A DNA stretch of 64,000 bases from Cirrosporium novae-zelandiae (lineage: Eukaryota): assembly GCA_026023565.1 (NCBI GenBank), contig JAPETS010000014.1:1-64000 (forward strand), written 5' to 3'. This document shows, piece after piece, positions 23,521-34,900 of the stretch (position 1 is its first letter; the number at the start of each line of letters is the position of its first letter). The notes under the pieces are model-generated. The model was not told where the DNA came from, did not search any database, and saw nothing but the letters and a program-made list of their open reading frames with translations. Made by a program: the position numbers and the translations under genes.

Positions 23521-26089
23521 AATGGACAGCCTTTACATCAACTAACGTAGCTAAACAATCAGTTCGACTACTGCTGAACAAGTGATGAGAGAGTCTCAAT
23601 CGAGGCCATCGATTTCAATATATCAGAAAGTATTGCTTCTAGGAGCCATCATCATGAATAAGTTAGTAGAGACGAGGGAAGCTGGGAAAGTTTTCAATAA
23701 AGAATTAGTGGTTTCAACTAGGGATTCAGCGCCGTAGCACACAAGAAGGACACAAGAGAATAACCGACAATAAAAGTGACGATGAAGAACAAAAATTATC
23801 TGAAAAGCACTATCTATTATCATACTACAAGAAGCACACCTATAGCAGATATAAGGGATATAAGCTGCCAGCTAGAGCTCAAATGACACACAAGTTGCAA
23901 CAACAATACGCGGGACTGTTCAGAATCATCGAAAGGATAGGCAGACTATTCATAGTTTTTATTACACAGCACCTAGGAACAATTTACAAAACCCCACCAA
24001 TGCTGATGCAAAAGTAGCATTTTCATTTGATTTCAAGCGAATTGGGGAATTCTTCGTACACAACATTTCGCAGCTGGCTGCCGCCCCCATCACAGTCAAC
24101 ATGCCATCGACGGTGACCTACCCCCTGCAGGGGCTAGATCACATCTAGCCATCGCAAAATGAAAAGATGTTATTAGAGAAGAAATATATCAAGGACAATC
24201 GTTCTCGAACAAAAGATAAGTGGATTATTTATTAGTTTAATACCTTGCCCCCCCCCCCCCCCCCATTCTGAATGTGACCAAGACATTTGCTACATGACAA
24301 ACAGATGCGAAACTATTACAACCCACTAAGAGGAGAGGAAGCTCTCTATGTATGGAGGTCGCGATAGCCTTGTCTAGTACCGGAATGCAACTTCGAAAGA
24401 AAATCCTTACCTCCCATCAATTAATGGTGAACTACTCCCCCCCCTCATTTCTACGCGCTACTTTGCTTCTACCACACTTTTGCACTCGTATAAACCCTAG
24501 AGTATACCTTCATCCTTAAACACTTTAGCCTTAGGCATCAAGCCTGCCCTCACCACACGTTTTCAGTAAAGAAGAGACTGACTAGCCTTACGAATATACC
24601 ATTCCTAACATGAAGCTTCAATGCCGCAAGGGTTGGCTTCTCGATCCTTTCTGCTGCTTGTTTTGCTTTGCTTTTGCTTGGTATTTGCTAACAGCTTTTT
24701 ACTTTAACCGTTAGATACCATTACAGTATCACTGAGCAAACCAAAGAAGCCCTCAATCGAACGTAAAGCAAATGCCTAACACGTTTTAGCAACCTCCAAG
24801 TATGCATCAGCACCAAACTCTTCACCTCATCCTACAACCACTTGATAAAACAACAGTAATGCAAAACTACCACCATACCTGCTACAAGGAGAAAGAACAA
24901 ACCAAAGACGGAAACGAAAAAAGCATGTAGAATAACACAAATAGGCCTAGAGGGCATGCAGTAATAAAAAATCAATCAAGTTCATTACTAGAAAATTATA
25001 CCAATACCAGCTCGAAAGGATTCCAAAATCAAAGTCTGTCCCCGAAAACCCTTTACACCCTCCAACGATCCCTAGCACTGCTTCTTTTTTTCTTTCTCTT
25101 CAGGTATCAGACCACGAGAGCCTGGTGGGTACCATAAATTATGTTTTTTTAGACAACATTCACCTGTTTTCAAATGCTGTACGACACACCACCCCCACCT
25201 ATCTTATTTTTTAGTGAAATTCGAGCCGGCACCGTACGCGACTCTCTCCATCCCCAACAACAAGTCGTAGAAAAGAAATAGAAATAACAAAAACAAATAC
25301 TAAAGAGATACCAGTGCCCACTGAAGGTTGGAGAACTTCTGGGGGTAATAGAAGAAGTTGACCTGCCTGGGGGTGACAAGGTTAGGCGCGTGGTAACATT
25401 ATTGATAGTGTAGTGCGGCACACAAGTTAATTGATGGGGACGAACAGTAGATAAGAACTATCATAATCATAATACCTAGGTATGGCGAATACTCTCAAAT
25501 CTCCATTGGGATGGGGATAGGAAGGAGGATAGATTAACTAGGCAAGATAACGGCTGGCTGGCCTAGTGATGGACTTGGATCCCAGGATGTAGGCAGGCAA
25601 TTAGGCAGGGGAGAAGTTACCTACCGCAGTGGATGATCTGATTGTCACATATGGGTGTTGAAGATGACGATAATGATGTGTTTATGTCCGGCGCTCTTGC
25701 TACTAATCTTCCCATGACTCTCCCCTCAATATAGGGGTCATGGAATTATAGAAAGATGTGAAGCTAGAGGTGGGTTAGATAATATAGAGGTATTGAAGAG
25801 GGAATTAATAGGATGGATAAATAATAGATATATATATACAAGATTGAAGGTTGACGTGATGGAGATCTACTGTAAAAAAAAAAAAGATAAGGTTTATTGT
25901 AGCCCATCTTCAAATTCAAAAAAAGCAAAGGAAAAAAGAAAAAGAAAATCCATCATCTAGATAGATAACCAACCAACATATTCCCATATCTAGCTATTGT
26001 GGATACATCGTAACTAAAATTATTATAACTCCCAACTCTTCCATCAAAGCTTAATAATCAATTTTCCCTTACTCTATTTCCAATGAAAC

Positions 26090-26189
26090 GGTCCTATAGT
26101 GTAGCGGTTAGCACATCGGATTCTGATTTTCTCTTCCTAGAAGTTTTCAGGGTTTTCCGGTAACCCCGGTTCGATTCCGGGTAGGACCT
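26090..26189 (+). tRNA. tRNA-Gln(CTG) with 28-nt intron (26127-26154)
   Basis: Acceptor stem GGTCCTA/TAGGACC, D arm GTGTAGCGGTTAGCAC and anticodon stem TCGGA/TCCGG with CTG at 26123-26125. T arm CCCGG-TTCGATT-CCGGG, followed by an oligo-T Pol III terminator. Confidence 0.95.
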
Positions 26190-27410
26190 CTTTTTTGGGT
26201 TTTTGGTTTATTGAAGTGATTTTTATTGATTTATTGATAAGAGAGAGAGGGAGAAAAGGGCTGTGAAGGGTATTTTTTTTTTTTTTTGGAGATGAGGTGG
26301 ATGGCTGTCTGTCTGTGTGTGTGTGTGTGTCTCTTGGGTGGTGGTTAATTAATTAATTAGAGAATTTTGGGAAGTTCAAATTCGAGTTGTGAAGTGCTTA
26401 AAGAAACACTAACTTAACGTTCCATCCAACATCCTAAAACAGAATTTCCAAAACCTAGCCATATATATATTAGAGCTTCTAATTACATACAGTAAGTACT
26501 ACAACTAGACTATACCGCAATAAACATCCCCCCCCCACCCCATCCCATAATTTAGATTTACACCTAGTCTAGATATTTCACATGTAATATCTTCTTCATC
26601 TGCATGACATGGTTGCATATTACATTAAGGGGATATGAGCGGGTATGGGGGAGCGCATAAATACAAACAGCCTAGTCTAGTCTTACCCAAAACCCTAGTT
26701 CCTATCATCATCCTAGCCCGAATCTCTTTTTTTTCCGAGGGGAAGAAGAAGTTATCAGAAGTTATCAATCAATTATTCCAAATTATTAAATTAGCAGAAG
26801 CAAATGTGTGATGATGATGATGATGATGGCAAACGTATCGAAACGTACGTACATGTACAGTACATTGGTTTATCTATCTATCTATCTATCTAAAAGGAGA
26901 TGAGTTAGGTTGTATTTAAATGAATGGCTCGAGAGAGCCCTTTTGTTCTCCTAGATTGGGTATTTATGGTGGTGGTGGTGGGATAATGGATATAGGGGAA
27001 TATGTTATGTGAGGATTGTTGGGGGTTTGGATGTAGTGTATCTGTTGATGGATGTGTAGGTATAGGTAAGGAATGATGAGAGGGGGGGGGATGTTTAATT
27101 ATAGAATGGAGACTGTTTATTGTTGTGATTACTGCAGATGCTGTTATTAAATTGCTGTTTTTCTTGCTTAATTGAGCTTAGTGGATAATAATGATGGTAA
27201 TGATAGATTTAAATGGGTCTGTTTCCGAATGAATGCGGAGTGAGTGAGTGGCATTACAGAGAATGAACAACAATGAATTAAAAGGGGGAAGGGGGTAATA
27301 ATTCAGATGGATTTGCCCTAGCTAGCTACTGCCGCCGGCTACCAAAAAATATCTTCCCGAGGCACTAATATATAGAGTATATTTCGACTTCTTTAAGTCC
27401 TAAGTACCTT

Positions 27411-28060
27411 TCAAAGCATATTCATGAGATTGTCACTGGCGTTACGCTCCTCGCATTCTTCATCGGTATCGTACCATCCGTATAACTCAGGATCACAGTA
27501 GTATCCTGGGGTACGGGGACGCATCCTTTTGTGCTGGGCTTCCAGTACTGCACCGTTGTCCATCAGTATCAATGCTTTCCTACCATGCTGCTGCTGCTGT
27601 TACTTACCCATTTCTTCCAATTCCCAAATTCGAGCTCAGTTTTTATGGCTTCTCTAGGTATACGATACAATATGAGGTATTCATCTTCTGAGTTTGTCGG
27701 AGAGATCCCCAAAGACGTGATCAAGTCTTGAAGTCAGAAAACGTATTCCTACTACAGCCTTGTGGTATCAATTTCGTATATAGAAATTTGCGATTCGCTT
27801 CTCAGTCGACAAGCCCAATTTAGAGCATGCTGCCTATTGTCAAATACAGAAAGAAAGCAACTCGGTCGGCGGCTTCTCCAATTCAAATGATGTTCAACGG
27901 CCTGCTTTAATCCCTCTGAGGTACGGAGCGTGCAGCTATCACTCGCTAAAAGGTCTCCACTGTCATCCTCTTGGGCTTTGGACCCCCCGTGGTTGACTTT
28001 CCAAAGACATGGGGGGAGAAACTTGCAATGAAAGCTGTCAAAAATATTTGAGCTCTGCAT
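27411..28060 (-). pseudogene. ADP-ribosyltransferase-fold (DUF7587-like) gene disrupted by three in-frame stops and a probable frameshift
   Basis: Reads LWKVNH..HLNWRSRRPSCFLSVFDNRQHALNWA..IYEIDTTRL**EYVF*LQDL..SEDEYLILYRIPREAI, with stops at 27754-52, 27751-49 and 27736-34. A GTAAGT..CAG intron leads to an acidic tail, YGWYDTDEECEERN. Confidence 0.7.
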
Positions 28061-28510
28061 TCTTTAGCAATAATTTGCAGAGTTTGAGAGCAGACGAACT
28101 GTGGGTTATCTGATAAGAAGATAGAAATGATGGATGTCTTTAGCGAGGCGGGGTAGCACGTAGGCTATGCTATCATTTGGATGCCGTCAGCAGAACAGAC
28201 GCCTATTCGGCCAACGACACTAATATCAATCATGGCTACTTGATAGGAGACATCATGATTTTCAGCTGGTCCTTCTCACAAAGTATTGCCATGCAAACAC
28301 AATGCCACCCGTACCACCAGCCTTACCGTTACCGAGCCTTGGAGAAAATCGTGGCAGTGTTGGGGCTCACGCAACTGGCAAAAGGTTGCGGCTGGCGGGC
28401 AGGGAAAACCTCCAAAGTATTTTCGACGTCAAAAGCCTTTTTTTGGCACTCGGTGTAATTTGTTGAAGGCTTCCCTTGGACTTCGGTCAATGAAATGGTA
28501 AACTAAAACA

Positions 28511-31012
28511 ATGGATTCTACAACCGTCGTTCGAGACTTTGCCAATACAGCTCCAAGTCGCGCTCCAGCAAAGGCCATACTGGAAGAGCTGTGGGACTCG
28601 CCTCCAGCCAAAGCCTTCCAGCAAAATACAACAACCTCATTTGAGAACAAACGCCCGTCTACCCTCTTTGCAGATTGCAGTATGTCATTTGCAATCGACA
28701 TTTCTCAGAGCACGAAAGGCCGTATTCTCGCTGAAGAATGTGCTTTTATCCAGAATTTTGCGGCTGGCCTGTCTCCAGGGGCAAAAGATGTTGTGCGGGT
28801 GATGCCCTGGGATGAGATATCTCATAAAATCATCACGGTTGAAGAGCTTAATAAGATTGACCCGGGAGGGAGAACCGACCCCAACGTTCTTTTGCGAAAT
28901 AGGGAATATATCGATTTGCTTCAGGACAGTCAATTATGGTTCCTCTTGACAGATGGACAAATTTTTCCAAATGTTGTTCGAACATTTGCTCTTAATGTCA
29001 ATTCTCGAAGTCTGCACGGAACAGCTTGTGTGCTGGTTATTTTTGGTAAACGCCCCGCGAAACCAATCCTGTGTAATGTGTCTGTTGGAATCTCGGTTTT
29101 TGCTGTCACGCCTAATTGCATATTCGTATTCCACGATGTCGATACGCATATTGGATATGTTCTTCAATGCAAAGGCTGCTTCAGTACCTTACTCTCCTTA
29201 GGCGTAGAACAGGTCAGGCTGGATAGTACCACCGAATGGTACAATATTCCCAAGCTGAACTATCCTGATCTCTTCGACATCCAAGTCCCAGCTCCAACAA
29301 GGCTGGACATAAACCAGTTCCAGTTACAAAGTGGACGAAAGATTAATCTCGATGATCTTTACCGGGGAAAGGTTAGCAGAGAAATTGAAGAGGAAATATT
29401 GCGCAACGATGACGATCTTAAGTCCGTGATTTTGACTGCCACGACTCGAGGCCAAAATCGAGATATCCATGACTGGGTTTCCGCTCGCCGAGATGGTCTC
29501 CTGGATCTTATTGAAATGCCAAGGCCAGACATAAATGGAACAGCTGCTACACTCATTAAGGTGTCCATTCAAGCTTTGCAGAGAAAGGATACATATGCCA
29601 ATAAGATTGATCTCCACAATATTGCCCTTCAGAAAGCCCATTCGTTAAATTGGAAGACATTTAGAGACTCTATTGAGCCACGAAGACAACAAGCCACCCA
29701 AAGAACTTTGGTAGTCGATGATGTTTTAACTAGGTTAGCCCTAATCAAACAAGCAGGGCTTTCCAGTGCAGAGTGTATAAGTCCTGTATCGCCCGGCGGA
29801 CAGCAGTGGGTAGCTAGATCTCGGAGGACGGATCAAGGGCCAATATCGAAGCTGCTGTCTGTTAGGGGTTATCTTGTGGATGGTTTTGGCACCCTAAAAA
29901 GACCGGTTCCTAGCTGCCAGATCTGCGGAAGCACTCAGCCCTACTTCGCATTGATTCTAAAAAGTCCTCCTGAAGGAGAGCATACACCAGGTTTTCCCCC
30001 CACGGAAAGTCGGTCCGAAATCTTGTATCCATTTGCAATTCAGAATTTTCCAGAAACAGACATATTATCACGACTTGTGTGCTGCGCCGCTTGTTCGGTG
30101 CCGGCCGTTGAATATGGTCACTCCCCTTATCACGAATGTCTTGTTGGAGCACTGGTCTTCGGCGACCGCCTTTCGGGCGCCAATGACATCAATAAAAGGA
30201 CCTGGATTGCCAATCTCGATAAGGCTCTCGATGGAAGGTTTACACAAGAATGCCTTCTCCCAATAGTACTGGCCATTATGTACAACGCAAAAGATCACGT
30301 TTCTTCCACTGACACGGTCTTTGCAAATGCCCTGGACAATGCATGCACCATTTTGCAAGATGGGCTCCAGATTCCCTACGAAAATGGCAATCATCATTGG
30401 ACTGGACGCATTAGCGACGTAGTCTTGCATTATCTCTCGATAGGCATCGCCAGCCCCGGATGCGATTTTCTCAACCATCCTATTAACTCTTTTGTCTTGA
30501 TGATTCGAGTCGCTGCGAATATTAGCAAGGAGAAACGAGCCATAGCACTATTTTATCGCTTACTCCTCCATATCATTGAGCACAGTTATACTCAACAAGA
30601 CACTGAGGATGATGTGACCGCAGCTGAATTTTATGGCCTTTTACGGTCTCGAATATCTAGAGGCGGTAGTTCCGAGGAGGAGACTACCACCATTTCACTA
30701 AACGATTCTTTAGACTGGAGTCTTTCCAGCTCACCTAGACTGCTGGAAACGCTGTGCGATAATCATTCAATGGATAACGAGGCTTTGAGAGTTTTTAGAA
30801 GAGCTGGAGATATTTTTAGCATCATCGAAATACAATGTGGGACAGCCATCTGTTTATTCATATGCCTGTTCCATGCAGTGAATACAGGCGTGAAAGAACC
30901 TCGGGAGCTTTTGTGTTGGTTTTGTACGAGGCCCGAAATGAACAACTTCTTCCTCGTACCTTGGAGTATACACGATACCGAGAGCAAGACAATCTGGGAG
31001 AGTTTAACATGA
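28511..31012 (+). CDS. 833-aa vWA (MIDAS) domain protein with downstream Cys clusters
   Basis: Intronless ORF. MIDAS motif FAIDISQST (DxSxS), GGRTDP (T) and WFLLTDG (D). CQICG and CCAAC are putative Zn ligands. Confidence 0.8.
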   Translation: MDSTTVVRDFANTAPSRAPAKAILEELWDSPPAKAFQQNTTTSFENKRPSTLFADCSMSFAIDISQSTKGRILAEECAFIQNFAAGLSPGAKDVVRVMPWDEISHKIITVEELNKIDPGGRTDPNVLLRNREYIDLLQDSQLWFLLTDGQIFPNVVRTFALNVNSRSLHGTACVLVIFGKRPAKPILCNVSVGISVFAVTPNCIFVFHDVDTHIGYVLQCKGCFSTLLSLGVEQVRLDSTTEWYNIPKLNYPDLFDIQVPAPTRLDINQFQLQSGRKINLDDLYRGKVSREIEEEILRNDDDLKSVILTATTRGQNRDIHDWVSARRDGLLDLIEMPRPDINGTAATLIKVSIQALQRKDTYANKIDLHNIALQKAHSLNWKTFRDSIEPRRQQATQRTLVVDDVLTRLALIKQAGLSSAECISPVSPGGQQWVARSRRTDQGPISKLLSVRGYLVDGFGTLKRPVPSCQICGSTQPYFALILKSPPEGEHTPGFPPTESRSEILYPFAIQNFPETDILSRLVCCAACSVPAVEYGHSPYHECLVGALVFGDRLSGANDINKRTWIANLDKALDGRFTQECLLPIVLAIMYNAKDHVSSTDTVFANALDNACTILQDGLQIPYENGNHHWTGRISDVVLHYLSIGIASPGCDFLNHPINSFVLMIRVAANISKEKRAIALFYRLLLHIIEHSYTQQDTEDDVTAAEFYGLLRSRISRGGSSEEETTTISLNDSLDWSLSSSPRLLETLCDNHSMDNEALRVFRRAGDIFSIIEIQCGTAICLFICLFHAVNTGVKEPRELLCWFCTRPEMNNFFLVPWSIHDTESKTIWESLT

Positions 31013-31098
31013 TGGGACAGCATAATATCATTCTAAGTCGGCTCCTGAAATCATTGATTGATGGACACGGTAATAAGTCTTTAATTATAGTTTCCACT

Positions 31099-33180
31099 TT
31101 ATAGAAGTCCTTCCCTCTTTTTCTGAGCTTGTTCTCTGTGTCTCCAATAGAAATAGAATGCAAAGGCAATGATTGTGGAAGGAATGGTACATATAAGCCA
31201 AATCCAGCACTTTTGAGGGTTGTCGAGATAGCCCGTTGTGCTGAAAAAAGGCATGGAGAAGAATGTCTACGGGCTGATAAGCTTCACACGTAACTTGAAG
31301 GTCATAAATGTCATCTTACTGCAAATGAAGTACCGGGAAGGAAGAACATTGTCGTGACAGCAATCTATCTCATATCAGTCAATGAAGCAACTTAGCCTTT
31401 ATCCAGGCACTGACCGTCCTCATTGCAACACTATCCTGCCTCATTTCTTTAGATAGTTTTACCGACTGCTCAGCAATTTCCTTCGAGCTTTTGGCTTCGT
31501 CTTGTGTCGCAAGAAGGATTGCGTGTATTTTTTCTCCATTCGCAACCATTCCTCTATCATTAGCTATCTGGATGCAATTGAAAAGCTAGCAGTGGGTCAA
31601 TCATTAATTTTCGTATTCAAACCTAATAGAAATATTCAAGACTTCTCATCTTGCTATATTGGAGATGATTGGGTAGAGGAAATTGCACGACAAGGGGGGA
31701 AATGGTACCGACTTACAAGTGCAAGGTTATTCTGCACCTTGTCCATCAACTCCTGCAAGAAGGCCCTAATCTGCTTTAAATGCGATGCGATATGTTCAAG
31801 ATCATCAGACATAGTTCCAAACTTCTCCTGAGAACATTTCTGGAGGCAATTCATTCCAGTATACTTCTGGTGACGCTTGATAATATCCAGCAAAGTTTCC
31901 TGCATCGATTCCAGCTCTGTATTATACCGGTGGAGGTGCGCAGCGACGGCGTGAAGTGCTCTGTTGAGTGTCCCGAAAGCATTTGGCTGGGTATCGGTGT
32001 CAATTGCTTCTTGCAATCGCCGTTCCTCCAAATCCATGATAGTCAGATCAATTCAGTTCACTATTGCTCGAGGCAGAAATTTTAGGAACTAACATATGCC
32101 ATCAATTGCTCATTGACACTATCGAGCGCGTTTGTCCACCATCTAAGGGCACTTGTGAAATATATGCAATGAATATCAAAGGGTCGATCAGCTGGTTCTG
32201 ATCTTGCGCTGGTATTCCAAGACTCTTTGATCCTTTTCTTCGGTTCCAATGCAGACTTACTCCATCTCCCGTCCATGAAATTAACAACCACTGTAACCAT
32301 TGATTTCCCACCAGAGCTGTACCTACAGAATACCGCAATCCGACTGCCACGAATATCAAGACCAACATCAGAGAGATGTAATAGGTAGTGGAAAGGATTC
32401 ATTTGATTGCTGCTGGCTGTACTTCCTATGTGTTCTTTGGCTTTGTCGTTACATTTGTATTGGATGCGTAGTGGGAGGAAGTACCATAGTTCATGGATGA
32501 TATCGTCTCTGCGGAGACTATCAAATGTGAAAAATCCTCTCCCGCATGGCAGATGGTACCGGGACAACGCGTAGAGAAAAGCCGCAGGTAAACGCAAGTT
32601 AGAGATCAAATCTCGAAAGGCTTGGCTCGAAATTCTGAGCTTAGATGAATCATGAGGTATCGGTAAACGTTTTGAATGCACTAGAAATCGGTTTATCAGG
32701 CTGTGAGAAGTTAATATGCCTCAGTAAAGAGGAGTAATTGCCAATTTACAAGATCTGATACCCTTCAGCATTGACGCCAACAGACTGGCTTTGATTTTAG
32801 CTCTTCGTAACCTATTTTTTCTTCTTAAGAAGTTCGTTAGAAGTTATACACACCTCAGTTGCTGTTTTGAGATGTTCGTAATCCAGAGTCGCTTCTGAGG
32901 TTTCTACAGAAATTCTAAACATCTGATTACTGTAATCTTGGCGGGCAATCGGTTCCAAGTACCTTTTCCACTACTGAAGTTTGCACTCATCGAGGATACA
33001 GCGGTTTCATCTGACAAGGTATTTGCTTCAAATTCCTTTAGCGCATTATGCGTCTCTTGTATATTGTTGCTGTAAGATCATTTAGACACGACACAGTCCA
33101 AATAGCATTAACATAACTTACAAGGCCGATATGGAATTTGTAGAGTTGAAAAGCCGTTCTTGATTGATGTCTCCTGCCAT
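31099..33180 (-). CDS. Multi-exon CorA-like (Mg2+ transporter superfamily-related) protein with C-terminal 2TM hairpin
   Basis: ATG at 33180 and several GT-AG introns; internal exons match track ORFs 32082-32681 and 31654-32037. The spliced C-terminus is EMRQDSVAMRT|IAVTTMFFLPGTSFA|TFFSMPFF..CWIWLICTIPSTIIAFAFYFYWRHR..GLL* (TAA at 31101-31099). The 5' exon boundaries are uncertain. Confidence 0.75.
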
Positions 33181-33509
33181 GACAATATTTATTTCCCGTG
33201 AGGGTATTATGAGAACGGGGAAAATGTTCGTAATATAACTGAACGAATTGTGTCTAGGCCTAACTTCAGAGAGGTTTAGGCTCTCTGTGCGTTCAGGTAG
33301 TCAGCCTGCGCTTTTGTCCCCCCCTGTTGCCACCACACATGCAGCTGGATGCTGTAAACTCAGCCACAACCACGTACAGCCAAAGACAAATAAAATCAAG
33401 TCATGAGAATGCTGGAGTCATATTCTCCATTCTTCACGACTCGATTGAACCTGTTGAATAATCTACCATTTCATTACGTTCGAATGGATCTTGAGCTGGA
33501 ACCTACATA

Positions 33510-34331
33510 ATGGTTGCAGGTCTTCCCAAACGCATGGCATTTTTCCCCTCAAGTTGGATCCTATCGACGGGAGAATCTAGGACCCTCGAGGGGGATACGC
33601 AACAAAAGTCTGAGAATGGTACGACAATTGCATCTGGTGGCCTACAGTCAGAAAATACCAGGTTAACATAACTAGGTTCTGTTGCAATTCCACAAGCGGC
33701 CGAACAGCCCCCGGAGAGAATTAGGGAGAGCGTACCTCCCGCAGTGTCATTTCTCAATCAAGCCGACCTAGCAAATCATACCGGTGTTCCCAGCGGTGCG
33801 AGTCGGAGAAAAGAGAAGATAGTAAACGTTGATACAAGCAACCAGGACAAGCACAGTCAGGGGCCAATTTCCATTCCCTCGACTAAAGTTGTGAATAATC
33901 GTCCTGCTGCGCAAATGCGTGGCATCGGCACAGTTATGAAGAAATTTTTCACCAATTCCAAAGCGGACAGAGGCAAATCTCTCGACGCAACGAAGTTTAG
34001 CCCTGAACGAGTGGAAGGACCACGAAAAGCATTCCAGTGGCCTGAACACTTGGCTCCTTCTTCACAGGATTCTTTACAAGATTCATCACAGGCCATTTCA
34101 CGCATGGACCAGGCGACTGTAGCCTCATCAAATCAATTGACGTCAGACACTTTGAAAGCAGTTGCAGAACTTTCTCCGTCGAACCACAACTATATGCCAT
34201 ACAGAATACCGGCGTTACGCTCAGGCACCCCTTTAACAGGAGGTACGGGGATATCATCGACAAGCTCAAGCTATGCAGATGTGCCGTCAAGGCTACCTCG
34301 ATTTTCACCAGGCTACTCGCCTATGTCATAA
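33510..34331 (+). pseudogene. Ser/Pro-rich disordered ORF interrupted by one in-frame TAA
   Basis: ATG at 33510 is in frame with track ORF 33744-34331. The only interruption is TAA at 33669-33671. Confidence 0.45.
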
Positions 34332-34900
34332 TCATTTAAAAAAGTTTTCAAACGGTAGGAAGGCGGACAACAGAATCGATTTTGGGGATCAGCGGTTTGA
34401 TATTAATAACATAATGCAGTAAAGTGAAATAATGTTTATTTGGGATTTGTGGTTTGAACGTTATGAACGATGTATAAAATATCAGGAGCAGATTGGTGGT
34501 CATTGATTGGAACAGTGGAGATGGAGAGGGGTTCCTAACGTTCAAGCTACCTTTAAAAGCTTAATAACGATATCTTTAATATAATTTACTACTGATAATT
34601 AACAAGTTACGACTGGGGACAACTTTTCCTCAATTGAAAGGGACTTGATTGTTGTTCGTCGCCCCTCGTTCCATTTAACTTAGGGCTCTATCCAGTTTAT
34701 ATAGACTTTAAACACGAGCAGCTCAAAATTTTTTGGAAGTTTTTAATGCCTTTTCTATTCTGTTCTGATCGGTGTCTAGTACATGTACAGCGCAATAGCG
34801 TAAATAATGGATATCTATTTATAATTGACGGTATCAATATTCTTTTAATTCAACCATCAGAGAAAGCACCGTCTTCCATAGTTTCCCCACCAAGTACGAA

